In this document: piece after piece, positions 38,555 through 40,078 of the stretch
Layout: the number at the start of each line of letters is the position of its first letter
Numbering within the stretch: position 1 is the stretch's first letter
Source: a virus
Direction: 5' to 3' (one strand)
DNA length: 40,078 nucleotides
Virus record (IMG/VR): IMGVR_UViG_3300034069_000373
Coordinates: 1 to 40,078 of that record
Program-made: the position numbers and the translations under genes
Notes under the pieces: model-generated
Database searches by the model: none
The model's input: the letters and a program-made list of their open reading frames with translations, nothing else
What the model was told of the DNA's origin: nothing

Positions 38555-38697
38555 CAGACAGACTCAATCCATATGTCAATCACCATGCAAAACAGCATGA
38601 AGATTGGAATACCTGCCCACCAAGGCGCGCCAATAAAACACAAAATAGGCGTGCCTATCACGATCTTGAATGCACTTTTCAAGATGAACAGTTTCAT
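38554..38697 (-). CDS. Small double-TM membrane protein (47 aa: MKLFILKSAFKIVIGTPILCFIGAPWWAGIPIFMLFCMVIDIWIESV)
   Basis: Hand translation (below the track cutoff). ATGA overlap upstream and TGATG overlap with ninG. It is visibly AT-richer than the surrounding sequence. Confidence 0.5.
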   Translation of the reverse strand: MKLFILKSAFKIVIGTPILCFIGAPWWAGIPIFMLFCMVIDIWIESV

Positions 38698-39143
38698 TTG
38701 TTAATCCCCCTTGCTTGCATCCACTTCATGAAGGGATGGCGGATACGCTCGTTGAATGCATGAAGAACCTGCGGGTCATTGTCTAGCTCAACACGAGAAT
38801 CCATGTCGCAGGCGTGGCGCATAAACGCTTTTGCCGTGCGCGCGTCCTCAACATGCCAGATTATCCCGCGCACAGTCTTCCCATTTGCAAACGCCCAGAA
38901 ATCCGGATCGTTGCACCACATACCCGCCAACTTCGCCCACTGCCCACCCTTTGGCTTCTCCGGCTCAGGCTCAGCAACCGCACTGGCGCCGTCTTTGAGT
39001 GCCGCGAGAGCTACAGCCCTACCCGGAGCCCCAAACAGCACGAACGCGGCTTGTGCGTTGCGAGGCTCCACTTCGATCTCAATGCGCAGAGATCCATCAG
39101 CCATTGTTCTGCAGCGCATGGCAGCGCCTTCAATGATGCTCAT
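38694..39143 (-). CDS. Hypothetical protein (149 aa)
   Basis: The ORF is in the track. Strong RBS ctggagggtttc before the ATG at 39143. Confidence 0.65.
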   Translation of the reverse strand: MSIIEGAAMRCRTMADGSLRIEIEVEPRNAQAAFVLFGAPGRAVALAALKDGASAVAEPEPEKPKGGQWAKLAGMWCNDPDFWAFANGKTVRGIIWHVEDARTAKAFMRHACDMDSRVELDNDPQVLHAFNERIRHPFMKWMQARGINK

Positions 39144-39219
39144 GAAACCCTCCAGTTCGCTTCAAGATCCTCGATAGCCGCAGTGGCACTATCACCCATC
39201 CCCGACACCCTGCGACCGT

Positions 39220-39447
39220 TCAGGAGGATTCTGGAGGCGTACCAGTGCCCTCCGTAGGCGTGAACGTCGTAGCCTGGGCGAGCTTCGTTATCTCGACCTC
39301 CAGCAGTTCCGGCAGGGGGCCATAGTCCTCTGGGTAATGCTTCGCCAACGCTCTCGCTTTTGCTTGGCAGTACTTCACCCACGCCTCGTGATAAGGCTCC
39401 GCCATCAAGTTGCGGAGGTGGGCCAGCTCGGTAGATAGGGCGTCCAT
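39220..39447 (-). CDS. Hypothetical helical protein (75 aa)
   Basis: The ORF is in the track. Its sequence looks protein-like, in contrast to the overlapping 126-aa ORF 39140..39520. Confidence 0.55.
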   Translation of the reverse strand: MDALSTELAHLRNLMAEPYHEAWVKYCQAKARALAKHYPEDYGPLPELLEVEITKLAQATTFTPTEGTGTPPESS

Positions 39448-39452
39448 TCATC

Positions 39453-39986
39453 TCAGCCCCACGCCCGCATGAGCAAAGGTTGTTTGGCGATAGCGTTAGC
39501 GATGAGACCATCTTCGGCAATGGTCATGCGCTCGTCGCAGTATCGGACCGTTGGCCGACCGATCCTGGCTCGACCACCGTCAGTGATGGTGTAAAGGACG
39601 GGACGACTGACTATCCTATTGCGCTCCCTCAGCATCCTCAGCACCGCACGGGCAGAGGTTAGGTCTACCCCCATATTCTCAGAGCATTCGACGACTGAGA
39701 TCGAATCGTTTTCTTGAAGGTACAGGCCTACTCTTTTGCTTAGCCTGTTCTTGTAGCAGGGCTTGTTAAATCCGTCTATCCACTCCCTGCCGTGACTCGT
39801 CATGGAGAATCGGATTGGATCGGAGACCAAGCAATCTTCCAAACACAGATTGACAAGAGTCTTGCGAGTCCTGGTCTGGTCTTCTTGAACTATCTTGGCA
39901 ATTTCCGAGGAAGAGCGCGGCACGCCATCCTTCAGAACAGAGATGACCCTATAGGCAAGGGTGTTCGCCGATTCAAGTCGCTTCAT
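39453..39986 (-). CDS. Putative tandem winged-helix DNA-binding protein (177 aa)
   Basis: Two MarR/wHTH-like segments are present: LAYRVISVLKDGVPRSSSEIAKIVQEDQTRTRKTLVNLCLEDCLVS, and VVECSENMGVDLTSARAVLRMLRERNRIVS. It is visibly AT-richer than its neighbours. Its first 16 codons are duplicated at 1..49. Confidence 0.5.
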   Translation of the reverse strand: MKRLESANTLAYRVISVLKDGVPRSSSEIAKIVQEDQTRTRKTLVNLCLEDCLVSDPIRFSMTSHGREWIDGFNKPCYKNRLSKRVGLYLQENDSISVVECSENMGVDLTSARAVLRMLRERNRIVSRPVLYTITDGGRARIGRPTVRYCDERMTIAEDGLIANAIAKQPLLMRAWG

Positions 39987-40078
39987 GATCAGAACGGCGC
40001 AGAGTCGTCCAAGTCGTCAAAGCCTGACGACGGGCGAGGCGCTGGTGCAGGCGGGCGGCTGGCCTGACGCGGCGCGGG
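39938..40078. repeat. Terminal direct repeat, right copy (identical to 1..141). It holds duplicate partial copies of the wHTH gene 5' end and the SSB-like gene 3' end (39989..40078 = 52..141)
   Basis: Exact identity to 1..141. The unique genome length is therefore 39,937 bp. Confidence 0.95.

Noticed and set aside
39140-39520. 126-aa minus-strand ORF overlapping both the wHTH gene end and the 75-aa gene.
   Set aside because: Most of it is out of frame over better-supported genes and is Gly/Pro/Arg-rich. Only its last 19-22 codons or so (39140..39205, e.g. MGDSATAAIEDLEANWRVS with an ATGA overlap to the next gene) could be a real micro-ORF. That is too short to support.
1-40078. tRNA genes, CRISPR arrays, transposase/IS elements, integrase/attP.
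   Set aside because: There is no cloverleaf-compatible sequence with a GTTCGAATC-like T-arm in the few non-coding gaps. There is no regularly spaced direct repeat array, and no transposase- or integrase-like ORF on either strand. This was a by-eye inspection only. tRNAscan-SE/ARAGORN and a profile search would be decisive.

Overview
The window is a complete, circularly closed genome of about 39.9 kb from a GC-rich tailed phage. Bases 1..141 are identical to 39938..40078, so the unique unit is 39,937 bp. Genes are packed tightly: about 60 lie on the minus strand and only a 4-gene operon (7655..9601) lies on the plus strand. Most junctions are ATGA, GTGA or TGATG overlaps. Read in the minus-strand direction from a divergent promoter region at about 7558..7648, the order is as follows. 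(1) An early/accessory region with many small ORFs: a YqaJ-type exonuclease, a phage Dam-family methyltransferase, an SSB-like protein with an acidic tail, NinG/Rap and a Lar-like protein. (2) A rho-independent terminator at 36708..36744. (3) A P22-like morphogenesis module: TerS, TerL, portal, scaffold, P22-type coat, a putative adaptor, a gp10-like tail hub, three internal/ejection proteins (one with an SLT domain) and several large receptor-binding-type proteins. (4) A lysis cassette. I saw no tape measure, sheath or tail tube, so the virion is probably podovirus-like. I also found no integrase, DNA polymerase, primase, helicase, reverse transcriptase, tRNA or CRISPR array. The most unusual feature is a set of short exact nucleotide repeats. 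They sit in frame at the starts, domain junctions and ends of three otherwise unrelated genes on opposite strands, and include five copies of the 18-bp core GGGCGCAGCACAGGTGCC. One inverted 31-bp pair brackets the divergent early promoters. Other observations worth following up: (a) a 1103-aa protein with a Sec-type signal peptide and five 2-Cys repeats, embedded among the tail genes; (b) a secreted Gly/Gln-rich protein in the early operon; (c) a tail-module protein combining a nucleoside-hydrolase-like domain with a LamG-like domain; (d) an Asp/Asn beta-hydroxylase and a GNAT gene next to an internal protein made of Asn-rich 11-residue repeats; (e) two sigma70-type promoters placed for leaderless translation. 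All family assignments come from motif recognition by eye. No database search or statistics were run.
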